A DNA stretch of 63,440 nucleotides, filler included, from Chiloscyllium plagiosum (taxonomy: Eukaryota), in the NCBI RefSeq assembly GCF_004010195.1. It is 4 parts of one record of this genome, joined end to end, with 100 filler letters (N's around TTAATTAATTAA, not from the genome) between each part and the next. Parts side by side here need not be neighbours in the genome. Positions count along the whole stretch, not along the records: positions 1 to 30,431 come from NC_057714.1; 3 more parts are not named here. One strand, given 5' to 3'. The position numbers and the translations under genes were made by a program. Below the pieces are notes generated by a model. The model searched no databases, was not told the origin of the DNA, and saw nothing but the letters and a program-made list of their open reading frames with translations. This document shows positions 1 to 12,269 of the stretch, piece after piece. Positions within the stretch are counted from its first letter, which is position 1, and each line of letters starts with the position of its first letter.

Positions 1-897
1 TCGAATGCCTTCCTCTTTCGAGCCAGAGCCGGGGAAAAGTCCTGAAATAGCATGATCTTGGATCCTTTGTAGATCATAGCTTGGGGGTCTTTTCCGAGAT
101 TTCTAGAGGCTTCTAGGAGTATCTGCCTCTCCCTGTAGCTCTGCAGCCGGAACAGGACCGGGCGTGGGCGCTGGTTCGGGCCGGGCCCGCGTATTGCTAC
201 CCGGTAGGCCCATTCCACCCTTACCTGGCCTGGTCCAGCTTGCAGATTTAAAAGTTGTGGCAGCCACTGCTCCAGGAATGCTGTAAGCTGGCCTTCCTCT
301 TCCTGTTCGTGAAGGCCCAGCAAACGAATATTTTTTCGGCGACCTCGATTATCGAGGTTGTCAATATGATTTTCCAAGGTCCGGACTCGCTGCTCGAGAG
401 TCTGGACCTGATCCACGGCCGATTGAGCGGTTGTCTCGGAGGTCGCGGCCTTTAGCTCCGCCCCTCTGACTCGGCGTTGAATTTCTTCAATTTCACGGTC
501 GTGCTTCTGCAGCGCGGCCGAGAGCGACTCCCAGCGATTCCTGGATTCGACGATACAGGCATCGATCTTCGAGTCAAGCTTGGAAAGCATTTCTGCAAGA
601 CTTGCTACTGTAGGTAAGTTCCTCGGGGCGGCTGTGGACGCCTCTGCTGCAGCTGGAGAGTGTGGGGGAGGGGTTCCTGCTTGCTGAGAGCTGCGGGCTC
701 CCTTCCCTTTAGTCATTTTAACTTAGGATAAAGTTGCTTAAATGTAATATTACACAACTAATTGAGTTACTAAACAATTATAAATGATTTATAAATGATT
801 TGGTGAGCTTGGTAGGGGGTAGGTGACCCACTGTGCCCAAGTCTTGGGAGGAGCACTATAGACTCAGTCTTACTGGGTCGCCGCCATCTTGGATCCC
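1..897 (-). mobile_element. L1-clade LINE, 5' end (5'UTR + ORF1), continues off the left edge
   Basis: Minus strand begins GGGATCCAAGATGGCGGCG (YY1-like motif, as at L1 5' ends), followed by a ~180 bp UTR and an open CpG-rich ORF1. Abuts CR1 sequence at 898. Confidence 0.88.
3..716 (-). CDS. L1 ORF1p (coiled coil + RRM, Transposase_22-like), partial, open to window edge
   Basis: Hand translation: MTKGKGARSS...LEQRVRTLENHIDNLDNRGRRKNIRLLGLHE...RPRPVLFRLQSYRERQILL...IMLFQDFSPALARKRKAF. No stop in 238 codons. Absent from the ORF track because its stop lies outside the window. Confidence 0.88.
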   Translation of the reverse strand, partial: MTKGKGARSSQQAGTPPPHSPAAAEASTAAPRNLPTVASLAEMLSKLDSKIDACIVESRNRWESLSAALQKHDREIEEIQRRVRGAELKAATSETTAQSAVDQVQTLEQRVRTLENHIDNLDNRGRRKNIRLLGLHEQEEEGQLTAFLEQWLPQLLNLQAGPGQVRVEWAYRVAIRGPGPNQRPRPVLFRLQSYRERQILLEASRNLGKDPQAMIYKGSKIMLFQDFSPALARKRKAF

Positions 898-2275
898 TAG
901 GCAGAGAATTTGATGGCAAGAATCAATAGGGCCAAAGTGCAAAATAAATGTGAACTGGATTAAGAATGTTAAAAAGATAAGCCTCAAGGCATCATGTCTT
1001 AATGTGCAGAGCGTATGCAATAAAGTGGATGAATTAGTTGTGGAGATAGTTTAAAAACAGGTATAATGTATTTATATTATAGAGACCTGGCTGCAGAATG
1101 ACCAGGGATGGGAACAGTGATATTTGTTTTTTAAGAAGGAGAGACAAACGAGAAAAGGAAAAGGGTTCACATTGCTGCAGAGAGGAAATGAACACAATAG
1201 TGAGGAAGAACATTTGTTCTGGTGAAGTGGAATTGTATAGACACAGCTTAGAAACTTCAAGGGGCAGAAAACAATAGACCCTCAAACTATATTGATAATG
1301 TTGGAGAAGGCATTAAGCAAGACATTAGAGGCACACACAATAATTATGGGTGACTTTAATCTGTATATCTATTGGGCAAATCAAATCAATAACAATATGA
1401 TAGAGGAGGAATTCTTGGAATGTGTACAGGATGTTTTTCTGGATCAGTACATTGAATAATCAACGACAGAATAGGCCATTCCAGACTGAGTATAGTATAA
1501 TCAGAAAGGAATACTTGGCAATCTACCTGTGTGAGGCCCTTTGGAGAAGAGTGACCATAAAATGATGGAATTCTGCATTAAGATGGAGAGTGGTATGGTT
1601 GATTCTGAGGCTAGGGTTCTTGAATCTAAATAAAGGAAACTATGACGTGCAAACTGGCTCTGATAACTTGGGGAATGTTACTTAAAGGGACGATGGTAGG
1701 TAAGCAATGTCAAACATTTAAAGAGTATATGGATGAACTGTAACATTGTTCATTCCTGTCTAGCATAAAAATAAATGGGAAAGATGGCCCCACTATGGCT
1801 AATTAGGAGTAGTACTAGATCTTGTAAAGGGGCATACAAATGGGCCCAAAAAAAAGTAGCAGACCTGAGGATTGGGAGCAGTTTAAATTTCAGCAAAGGA
1901 GGCCAATGGATTAATTGAGAAGGGGTGATAGAGAGTAAGGCGAGATAGAGATAGAGATACTGTAGGGAGGGAACTTACAAACTGATTGTAAAAGCTTGTC
2001 AAGAAGAAAAGGATCAGTTAAAACAAATGTACATCCTTTGCAGTCAGAAACAGGAGAAGGTAAAATTTGGAAGAAATAAATGGTGATCCATTAAATATGT
2101 ACTTTGGTTCTGTCTTCAGAAAGCTGGATACAAACAATGTCCTAAAAATATAACGGAATCCAGGGTCACATGACAGCGAGAAACTGAAGAAAATTAATAT
2201 TAGTAGGGAAACTGTATTCAGGAAATTGATGGGATTGAAGGGTGATAAATCCCAAGATCTCATAAACTACATCCC

Positions 2276-3094
2276 GCAGTAACATTGGTAAGACATGTAG
2301 TGAGATGGCGGTAAAGTAGAGCTTCTGAGCCCAGAGTTTATCTGTTTTTCTTATTGTTTCTTTTCCTTTGCTCTGTCTCTCTTCTCTTTTATTTTATTCT
2401 AATTACCTCTTGATGAAGAGTTCGGTTGTGGCGGTGGCATCGCAGATTTGAGTAGGCCCAGCAGCGCGGACTCACGGCAGCAATATTGGAGGCAAGTTTG
2501 GTTCATGGAGGGTTCTGTATCGTTGACACAATCCTAGTGCTGACTCATGGCTGCTGAGACAGAGGCAAGTTTGGGTTTCTGGTGGTTTTTGTATCCAGTG
2601 CAGATTCAAGGAGATGGCACCAGAAGTGAGTTTGGACCCAGTATAAGACCTGGGGCATTAACAGCGGCTGCATTGGCAAGATGGACCCAAAGCAGATTCG
2701 TGGAGGTGATGGAGTCTAATTTTTGGGATGTGGTACCAGGTAGCATTGGCGATATCTGCATTGGCAAGGTCCAGCGAGGACTCATAATGGTGAGGGTGTT
2801 GGTGGAGCCAAGATGGTGCCAAAGAGTGGTGGATTTCATTCCAGTGGTGGTAGTGAAGCGAAGGAGACTCATGCCTGGCCACCAGACCCATGGCCCATGA
2901 TGGAGCACTTAACAGAAGGACTGTAAAGTTGGACATTTTTTCTTTATTTCTTCATTTTTCTACTTTTACCTTCTATGTTTTGGTTTATTTCTCTGTGTTT
3001 TAAGATGGCACCGGAGAGTGGCGACACTATATAACACTTTTCACTGTAATTTTATAACAAGATACACGTGATAATAAATAAATCAAATCAAATC
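2276..3094 (+). mobile_element. Non-coding retroposed insertion with a Rex1/Babar-like 3' tail
   Basis: Splits the CR1 motif catccc|agagtacttaagg. Ends tcactgt...cacgtgataataaat(aaatc)n, similar to the Rex1/Babar tail at 24980-25032. Confidence 0.7.
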
Positions 3095-3285
3095 AGAGTA
3101 CTTAAGGAAGTAGGCCTAGAAATAGTAGATGCATTTGTCATTCAAGATTCAGTATATTCTGGAACAGTTCCCACAGAGTGGCTAGTACCCCAATCACGGT
3201 AATGAAAATAATCCCACTATTTGAAAAAGAAGTAGAGACAAAACAAAGATTTATAGAATGGTTAACCTGATATCAGAATGGGAGA

Positions 3286-3717
3286 CATCATCCAGGACAA
3301 AGCAGCCTGCTGATTGCCACAACATCCACAAACATCCACTCCCTCCACCACCGATGCTCAGCAGCAATGTATACTATCTACAAGATGCACTCCAAAAATT
3401 CACCAAAGATCCTCAGACAGAACCTTCCAATCCCAAGACCATTTTCATCCAGAAGGGCAAGGGCAGCAGATGTAAGGGAACATCACCACCTTCAAGTTCC
3501 TCTCCTGTCTTGGAAATGTATCACTGTTCTTTCACTGTCATTGGGTCAAAATCCAAAAAATCCCTCCCTAATGACATTGTGGGTCAACCCACCGCAGGTA
3601 GACTCCAGCAGTTCAAGAAGACAGCTCACCACCACCTTCTCAAGGGCAGTTAGGGATTGGCAATTAGGGATTGGCCAGCCAGCAATGCCTACATCTCACA
3701 AATGAATTTTAAATAAA
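3286..3717 (+). mobile_element. 3' fragment of an L2-like LINE nested in CR1
   Basis: Same 3' sequence as the minus copy at 10035-10720 (cagttcaagaag...accttctcaagggcagttaggg). CR1 resumes after it. Confidence 0.7.
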
Positions 3718-4721
3718 GGGGAAAGCGCTAAACTCTATTATAAAAGATTTCATAGCAGAGCACGGAAAACAGTGACAGGTTTGGACAGAGTCAGCATGGA
3801 TTTTCAAAGGGGAAATCTTGCTTGACAAATCCATTGAAATTCATTGAGAGGGTAACTAGTACAGTTAATAAAGAGGAACCCATAGATGTGATTTACTTGG
3901 ACTTCCAGAAAGTTTTTAATGGGGTCCCACAAAAGAAATGAGCATGTAAGATTAAAGCACATAGGTTTGGGAGGTAATGTACTGACATGGGCAGAGAGTT
4001 GTTTGGCAGGCAGAAAACAAAGAGTAGGAATAAATTTGTAATTTTATGAGCTCCGATACCTATCGGAGCAGGGGTGCTTTTAGTACAGGGCCGTTTGGTG
4101 TGACCACACCTGGAGTATTGTGTGCAGTTTTGTCTCTTTATCTGAGCGAAGATGTTCTGGCTCTGGCTGGTAAGTAACACAGGTTTATTAGATCAGTTCT
4201 TAGGCTGGCAGAATTTATGTTTGATGACAGACTGAATTAGATCGGATGATATTCACTGGTATTTAGAAGAATGAAAGAGGATCTCAAAGAAACCTATAAA
4301 ACTTTAACAAGGCCAGACAGGGTATATGCAGGAAGGTTATTCCTGATGACCGGAGTGTCCAGAACCAGGACTCTCAGTCTAAGGATTTAAGACCATTTAA
4401 GATTGAAATGAGGAGAAATTTCTTCACCCAGAGGGTGGTGAGCCAGTGGAATTCTCAGCCACACAAAGTGGTTGAGGCCACAACATTGAATGGTTTCAAG
4501 ATGAAGTTAGATGTAATTCTCTGAGCTAAAGGGAGAAAGCAAGAACAGTTAAGGTCTAAGTTAGGACCTGGGATGAAATGTTGAAACATAGAAAATAGGG
4601 GAGGGAGTAAGCCATTTGGCTCTTCAAGTTTTCTCCAATGCAATATAACCATGGCTGATCATCTAACTTAATTCCCACTTTCATCCTATACCACTTGATC
4701 ATTTATGGCTGTTGCTACTAT

Positions 4722-7700
4722 TAACATAAAACATAGAACATTACAGCACAGTACAGGCCCTTCAGTCTCGATGTTGCGCTGACCTGTCATACCAATCTGA
4801 AGCTCATCTAACCTCCACTATTCCATGTACGTCCTTATGCTTGTCCAATGACGACTTAAATGTACTTAAAGTTGGCGAATCTACTACCATTGCAGGCAAA
4901 GCATGCCATGCCCTTACTACTCTCTGAGTAAAGAAACTACCGCTGACATCTGTCCTATATCTATCACCTCTCAATTTAAAGCTATGTCCCCTCATGCTCG
5001 CCGTCACCATACTTGGAAAAAGGCTCTCCCCGTCCACCCTATCTAACCTGAAGAAGGGCTTATGCCCGAAATGTAAATTCTCCTGCTCCTCGGATGCTGC
5101 CTGGCCTGCTGTGTTTTTCCAGCATCACATTTTTCAACTCTGGTCTTCAGCATCTGCAGTCCTCACTTTCTCCCACCCTATCTAACCCTCTGATTATCTT
5201 ACATGTCTCTATTAAGTCACCTCACAACCTTCTTCTCTCTAACGAAAACAGCCTCAAGTCCCTCAGCCTTTCCTCGTAAGACCTTCCCTCCATACCAGGC
5301 AACATCCTCGTAAATCTCCACTGCACCCTTTCCAAAGCTTCCACATCCTTCTTATAATGCGGTGACCAGAACTGTACATAATACTCCAAGTGCGGCCGCA
5401 CCAGAGTTTTGTACAACTGCAGCATAACCTCATGGTTCCGGAACACGATCCTTCTATTAATAAAAGCTAAAACACTGTATGCCTTCTTAACAACCCTGTC
5501 AACCTGGGTGGCAACTTTCAAGGATCTGTGTACATGGACACTGAGATCTCTCTGCTCATCTACACTATCAAGAATCTTACCATTAGCCCAGTACTTTGTA
5601 TTCCGGTTACTCCGACCAAAGTGAATCACCTCATACTTGTCCGCATTAAACTCCATTTGCCACCTCTCAGCCCAGCTCTGCAGCTTATTTATGTCTTTCT
5701 GTAACTGACAACATCCTTCGTCACTATCCACAACTCCACCGACCTTAGTATCATCTGCAAATTTACTAACTCACCCTTCTACGCCCTCATCCAGGTCATT
5801 TATAAAAATGACGAACAGCAGTGGACCCAACACCGACCCTTGCGGTACACCACTAGTATCTGGACTCCAGGATGAATATTTCCCATCAACCACCACCCTC
5901 TGTCTTCTTTCAGCAAGCCAGTTACTGATCCAAACTGCTATATCTCCCACAATCCCATTCCTCCGCATTTTGTATACAATAGCCTACTGTGGGGAACCTT
6001 ATTGAATGCCTTGCTGAAATCCATATACACCACATCAACCAGTTTACTCTCATCTACCTGTTTGGTCACCTTCTCAAAGAACTTAATAAGGTTTGTGAGG
6101 CACGACCTACCCTTCACAAAACCGTGCTGACTATCCCTAATCAAATTATTATTTTCTATTGATTATAAATCCTATCTCTTATAACCTTTTCCAACACTTT
6201 ACCAATAACTGAAGTAAGGCTCACTGGTCTATAATTACCAGGGTTGTCTCNNNNNNNNNNNNNNNNNNNNNNNNNNNNNNNNNNNNNNNNNNNNNNNNNN
6301 NNNNNNNNNNNNNNNNNNNNNNNNNNNNNNNNNNNNNNNNNNNNNNNNNNNNNNNNNNNNNNNNNNNNNNNNNNNNNNNNNNNNNNNNNNNNNNNNNNNN
6401 NNNNNNNNNNNNNNNNNNNNNNNNNNNNNNNNNNNNNNNNNNNNNNNNNNNNNNNNNNNNNNNNNNNNNNNNNNNNNNNNNNNNNNNNNNNNNNNNNNNN
6501 NNNNNNNNNNNNNNNNNNNNNNNNNNNNNNNNNNNNNNNNNNNNNNNNNNNNNNNNNNNNNNNNNNNNNNNNNNNNNNNNNNNNNNNNNNNNNNNNNNNN
6601 NNNNNNNNNNNNNNNNNNNNNNNNNNNNNNNNNNNNNNNNNNNNNNNNNNNNNNNNNNNNNNNNNNNNNNNNNNNNNNNNNNNNNNNNNNNNNNNNNNNN
6701 NNNNNNNNNNNNNNNNNNNNNNNNNNNNNNNNNNNNNNNNNNNNNNNNNNNNNNNNNNNNNNNNNNNNNNNNNNNNNNNNNNNNNNNNNNNNNNNNNNNN
6801 NNNNNNNNNNNNNNNNNNNNNNNNNNNNNNNNNNNNNNNNNNNNNNNNNNNNNNNNNNNNNNNNNNNNNNNNNNNNNNNNNNNNNNNNNNNNNNNNNNNN
6901 NNNNNNNNNNNNNNNNNNNNNNNNNNNNNNNNNNNNNNNNNNNNNNNNNNNNNNNNNNNNNNNNNNNNNNNNNNNNNNNNNNNNNNNNNNNNNNNNNNNN
7001 NNNNNNNNNNNNNNNNNNNNNNNNNNNNNNNNNNNNNNNNNNNNNNNNNNNNNNNNNNNNNNNNNNNNNNNNNNNNNNNNNNNNNNNNNNNNNNNNNNNN
7101 NNNNNNNNNNNNNNNNNNNNNNNNNNNNNNNNNNNNNNNNNNNNNNNNNNNNNNNNNNNNNNNNNNNNNNNNNNNNNNNNNNNNNNNNNNNNNNNNNNNN
7201 TCCTGCACACACTGGACAAAAACTGACCCATCTCTAGTACTCGTACTATAGTGTCCCCAGTCAATATTTGGAAAATTGAAGTCCCCCATGACAACAACCC
7301 TGTCTCTCTCACTCCTATCGAGAATCATCTTTGCTATCCTTTCCTGTACATCTCTGGAACTATTCAGAGGCCTATAGAAAACTCCCAACAGGGTGACCTT
7401 TACTTTCCTGTTTCTAACCTCAGCCCATACTACCTCAGTTGACGAGTCCCCAAACATCCTTTCAGCAACTGTAATACTGTCCTTGACCAACAATGCTACA
7501 CCTCCCCCTCTTTTACCATCTTCTCTGTTCTTACTGAAACACCTAAATCCTGGAAGCTGCGACAACCATTCCTGTCCTTGCTCTATCCATGTCTCTGAAA
7601 TGGCCACAACATCGAAGTCCCAGGTACCAACCCATGCTGCAAGTTCACCCACCTTATTCTGGATGCTCCTGGTATTGAAGTAGATACACTTCAAACCAAC

Positions 7701-8515
7701 TTCTTGCTTGCCAGTGCCATCTTGCATCCCTGAAACTTGATTTTGGACCTCCCTACTCTCAACCTTTTTCATACTCGAACTACAATTTTGGTTTCCATCT
7801 CCCTGCTGGATTAGTTTAAACCCACCCCAATAGCCTGAGCGAATTTCCCCCCCCAGGATATTGGTACCCCTCTGGTTCAGATGAAGACCATCCAGTTTGT
7901 AGAGGTCCCACCTACCCCAGAAAGAGCCCCAATTATCCAAGAATCCAAAACCCTCCCTCCTGCACCATCTCTGTAGCCATGTGTTCAACTTCTCTCTCTC
8001 TCCCTATTCCTCACCTCACTAGCACATGGCATGGGCAACAAACCAGAGACAACAACTCTGTTCATCCTAGCTTTGAGCTTCCATCCTAGCTCCCTCAATT
8101 TCTGCCTTAAATCCACATCTCTCTTCCTACCTATGTCATTGGTACCTATGTGGACCACGACTTGAGGCTGTTCCCCCTCCCCTTTAAGGATCCCAAAAAC
8201 ACGATCAGAGACATCATGAATCCTGGCACTGGGAGGCAACACACCAACCGTGAGTCTCTCGTCCCCACAGAACCTCCTATCTGTCCCCCTAACTATGGAG
8301 TCCCTGCTCTGCTCTGCTCCTCTTCCACCTTCACTTCTGAGCAGCAGGGACAGTCTCTGTGCCAGAGCCCTGTGCCCCACTGCTTTCCCCTGGTAAGTTA
8401 TCCCCCCAACAGTATCCAAAACGGAATAATTATTGTTGAGGGGAATGGCCATAGGGGATCCCTGCACTGCCTGCCGGTTCCCTTTCCATCCCCTGACTGT
8501 AACCCATCTGCCTTT
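4722..8515 (-). mobile_element. CR1 LINE, near full length (esterase ORF1 + APE-RT ORF2), 950-N gap inside
   Basis: ORF1 motifs HIGTND and DGLH; ORF2 motifs [39 protein letters not shown]-type 3' tail at 4722-4740. Confidence 0.93.
5049..5172 (+). mobile_element. Short PLE pseudo-LTR fragment with a degenerate hammerhead core
   Basis: ctgaagaagggcttatgcccgaaatgta; flanked by 15-bp TSD ccaccctatctaacc (5034-5048, 5173-5187). Confidence 0.85.
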
Positions 8516-8572
8516 TAATATGCCATTGTATGCTCTTTGATTCACCAGATTAGCAATCTGGTTTGAAAATAA

Positions 8573-8905
8573 GGGTGGCACTGTGGCTCAGTGGTTAGCA
8601 CTGCTGCCTCACAGCGCCAGTGACCTATGTTCGACTCCAGCCTTAGGCGACTGTCTGTGTGGAGTTTGCACATTCTCCACGTGTCTGCGTGGGTTTCCTC
8701 CAGGTGCTCCGGTTTCCTCCCACAATCCAAAGATGTGCAGCTTAGGTGAATTGACCATGTTAAATTGCCCATAGTGTTCAGGGTTAGGTACATCAGTCAG
8801 GGTAAATGTAGAGTAATAGGGTAAGGGGTGGGTTAATCTTTGGAGGGTTGGTGTGGACTTGTTGGGCCGAATGGCCTGTTTCTACACTGTAAGGATTCTA
8901 TGATC
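8573..8905 (+). mobile_element. tRNA-derived HE1-like V-SINE
   Basis: A box tggctcagtgg, B box gttcgactcc, V-domain gtgtggagtttgcacattctcc, CR1-like tail ttctatga. Confidence 0.88.
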
Positions 8906-8964
8906 TCTTGCTTCACTGATGTCAGCTTTGAGATGCTGAAGTTGTTCTTAATTTTAATACTCTC

Positions 8965-9225
8965 AGGGAGGAGATGACATAATGATTTTGTCACTGCACT
9001 TGCAATCCAGATACCCAGGAAAATCTCTGGGGATCTGGGTTTGAATCCTACCATAGCAGTTGACGGAATTTGAACTTGAAAAATAAATCTGGAAGTAGAT
9101 GTCTAATGATGACCATTGTTGATTGCTGTACAAAACCTATTTGGTTCACGAACATCCTTTAGAAAGGAAATATGCCATCCTTACTTGGCCAACATGTAAG
9201 GACTCACACCAATGTGGCTGACTAT
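8965..9225 (+). mobile_element. Second, older tRNA-derived SINE
   Basis: B-box-like gggtttgaatcc and a SINE-like body; diverged. Confidence 0.55.
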
Positions 9226-10034
9226 TAATGGTACCACAGTATAGTTAAGTCTATTCTTAGTTGATTCTTGTTCGGCAATATATCCATGTTTTTCTCTGTT
9301 ATGGTTACAATGTGATAAAGTGTAACAAGAATGTGAATCTCCCAGCATTCAACCAAAAAGTTACAACATTTTATCAATCTAGAATATTGAAACAACATTC
9401 CAACTTCCATTAAAAGGCACAATTTATTACCCCTACCAAATGCATGAAGCACAATTTTCTGTTGCACATTTCATGCAAATTATGTCGTTCAATTGGATTT
9501 TTTCATACTAAAAATAAGATGTGTTGAACTGAACTTCTCTATGAATCCTCACTGAAGTTAATAAAATCATTAAATTACACTTTATGACATTAAGTCACTC
9601 TCATTGGGAATACAAGTTTAACATAAATAGCCAAGTTAAATTTGATTAAAATGTTATGTTTCTGATCAACAGTGCAGCCTCACTCATGCAGCCTGAAATA
9701 GATGGATCCAACTATGTCAAATATTCCTTTGTGTAGCGAACAGTAGTTTCATTTGTGAATTCCAGGATACAGCATAGTTTCAATTTTTTTACTTTTTGAG
9801 TTGAAATGTAAAATATCTTGAAAACACTGATAAATTTCATATAAATTACCTTGGATTCTATTCATGCAATACAAAGCTGCAGTGCCAATTATCACCATCA
9901 GTTGAGAAAAGATTTATATTGCCCACATAAGTGCTAGTGGAGTGCCTCTGAGGATGTTTATGCTGAAAAAAAAAATTAGAATTTTTTAAAGTAAAGAATG
10001 TTTTGACTCCTTTCTCTTCTTCATTGTGTCTTCC

Positions 10035-10720
10035 TTTTATAATCTATTTGTGGAATGTGGACAATGCTGGCTTGGCCAACATTTATTGCCTGTCCATAAC
10101 TGTCCTTGAGAAGATGATGGCAACTTCCTTCTTGAACCACTGCAGTCCTTGATGAATTGGTAAACAGTGTATCAAAAGGGGAGTTCCAGGATTTTAATCA
10201 GGAATAGTGAAGGAACACTGATATAGTTCCAAATCAAGATTGTGTATGGTTCAAAGAGGAACTTGCAGCTGTTGATGTTCCTAGGCATCTACCTGTGTCT
10301 TACTGGGTAGTAAAGGTCCCAGGTTGAAAGATGCTCTCAAATGAGGCTTGCTGAGTTACTGCGGTGCAATTTGCAGAAGGTGCATACTGCTGCTGCTGTG
10401 CTTAGGTAGTGAAGAGAGTGATATGAAGATGTGGATATGATGCCAATCATGCAGGCTATATTGTCCAAGATGGTGTCAAGCCTTTTGAATGTTGTTGGAG
10501 CTACATTCACCCAGGCAAGTGAAGAGCATTCCATTACACGCCTGGCTTGTGCCCTGTAGATGGTAGACTGACACTGGAGAGACAGGAGAGAGTTACTCAT
10601 TGCAGAATTTCTATTTTCTGACCTACTGTTGTATCCACAGTAATTCTATGGCTAGTCCAGTTCAGTTTCTGGTCAATGGTAAACCTCAGGAAAGACAGTG
10701 GAGGTTTCAGCAATGGGAAT
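10035..10720 (-). mobile_element. L2-like LINE 3' fragment
   Basis: TIYRAQARRVMECSSLAW...LDTI; reverse complement of the 3286-3717 family. Confidence 0.75.
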
Positions 10721-11133
10721 ACCACTGAGTGTCTCTTTCCTCTGGGTGCTTTTGCTTTTGTTATTTACCTCCTGCCATGATTTTCTGATGGCTACTCGGT
10801 TGGATAGAGAATTAAATGTTTGTCGGGTTGGACCAAAACGGAAAGGTTGGTAATGTTATGGCAGTGAGGTTTTGAAATTGTGTGTGCAGGGAAATAACTC
10901 AAAAATGGAAGGACTTCTGAAACAGCTTATCCTAGCTAGGTTGTTCCTGTAAAATGACCAATATAACAATGTCATAGAATCATAAGGATGTAATTTTGTC
11001 CTGAGGTCTCAATCCCACAGTCATGTAAAAAGATGGGTAGAACTTTCAAAATGGCAGCAGTGGAACTCGGAGTGATTTTTAAATAGTTGATCAATTGTGT
11101 GATGGGAGAGTTATCAGCAGTACCATCACTTAC

Positions 11134-12087
11134 TGTCATAATGTTAAAAATCACATATTTGTACTTTAACTTTGTACAGGAGGAGAAAGTGAGGTCTGCA
11201 GATGCTGGAGATCAGAGCTGAAAATGTGTTGCTGGAACAGCGCAGCAGGTCAGGCAGCATCCAGGAAACAGGAGAATCGACGTTTCGGGCATAAGCCCTT
11301 CCTCATTCCTGAAGAAGGGCTTACGCCCGAATCGTCGATTCTCCTGTTCCCTGGATGCTGCCTGACCTGCTGCGCTGTTCCAGCAACACATTTTCAGCTT
11401 TAACTTTGTACACCCCAGTCCAACACCGGCATCTCCAAATCGTGTCATAATGTTGGTCTTTTTACAAGGTTACTATGCTCTTGCGTTTTTGTTCCAGAGA
11501 GCGGGTAATTGGCCAGGCTCCAACTAGGCTGGGTTTGAAAGGTTTATTGGGGCCCTTTCTGTTTACCGCCAACAGATAATGCCTCTGGCCTAAGGCTTTC
11601 ATCTCTTGAAAAATCCAGTATAACCAAAGGGGAGTAGCCAGCTAGCTGTGTAGCTAGCCTTCATTTAGATTAGAGTTTTTGATTCAGTTCAGCAGCAGTG
11701 AGTGTGAAGAAAGGCTGCTGGGGCAAGTCCAGCCGGGTATTCTCTCCCTCTAGCGTCAAGCCTATAAGCTCTATTTGTTTCATTTTTACTCTTTGTGCTA
11801 AGAGATATGCTTATTGGGACTATTGCAAGTATTTTCGGAACAACAGCATTAAGTCGGGATAGTCAGTCGGGTTTTTGGATAGGACAAGTTGTCCGGTATT
11901 CTGTTTTCTGTTCTTTGTGTTTCATTCCATAATTTTGCGAATACATTGTTTGTTTAAAACTTGGCAGTCAGACCAGCTAATTTACTCTGGGAATATCCAC
12001 CATACACTTACCTAAAAGAAAGAGAAAAGTTACTGTCAGGGCTACCTGCTTAAAAATGGTTTGAGGGGTCAGACCTGGTCCATAACA
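11134..12087 (+). mobile_element. Solo LTR (TG...CA) with 5-bp TSD CTTAC, inserted in an L2-like RT fragment
   Basis: cttac|TGTCAT at 11129-11139 and ATAACA|cttac at 12082-12092. Strand inferred from a polyA-like signal near the right end. Confidence 0.8.
11179..11397. mobile_element. PLE fold-back mini element (inverted pseudo-LTR pair)
   Basis: Inverted arms ~11216-11300 and ~11313-11399; TSD ctttaactttgtaca at 11164-11178 and 11398-11412. Both hammerhead cores are damaged. Confidence 0.88.
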
Positions 12088-12269
12088 CTTACTGACCAAT
12101 AATCTGCTTACCAATGCTGAATATGGGTTCATCAAGAACAATTCAGCTCCCAAACTCATTATAGTGTTGGTCTAAAAATGACATAAAAACAATTCTAGTG
12201 ATGATGTGACCTCCCTTGGCACAATTTAGCAATTGAACTAGAAGCTCACATAGCAAGAGATGCCATGAG

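Larger units (their letters stand above)
898..4550 (+). mobile_element. Degenerate CR1 LINE ORF2 (APE + RT + 3' region) interrupted by two insertions
   Basis: Remnants LNVQSVCNKVDEL, IETWL, MGDFN, SDH, HPRVLKEV, YLDFQK, RPHLEYCVQF; many frameshifts. Confidence 0.88.

Noticed and set aside
6156..7988. Long ORFs containing X runs (also near 18543, 33066 and 47647)
   Set aside because: Inflated by N gaps; the real parts are CR1 or PLE fragments.
8573..8650. tRNA-like sequences
   Set aside because: They are SINE heads continuing into the V-domain, not tRNA genes.
11216..11399. CRISPR array, Rho-independent terminator or DNA-transposon TIR reading of the hairpins
   Set aside because: Eukaryotic context, no spacer array, arms match PLE pseudo-LTRs, and TSD lengths vary.
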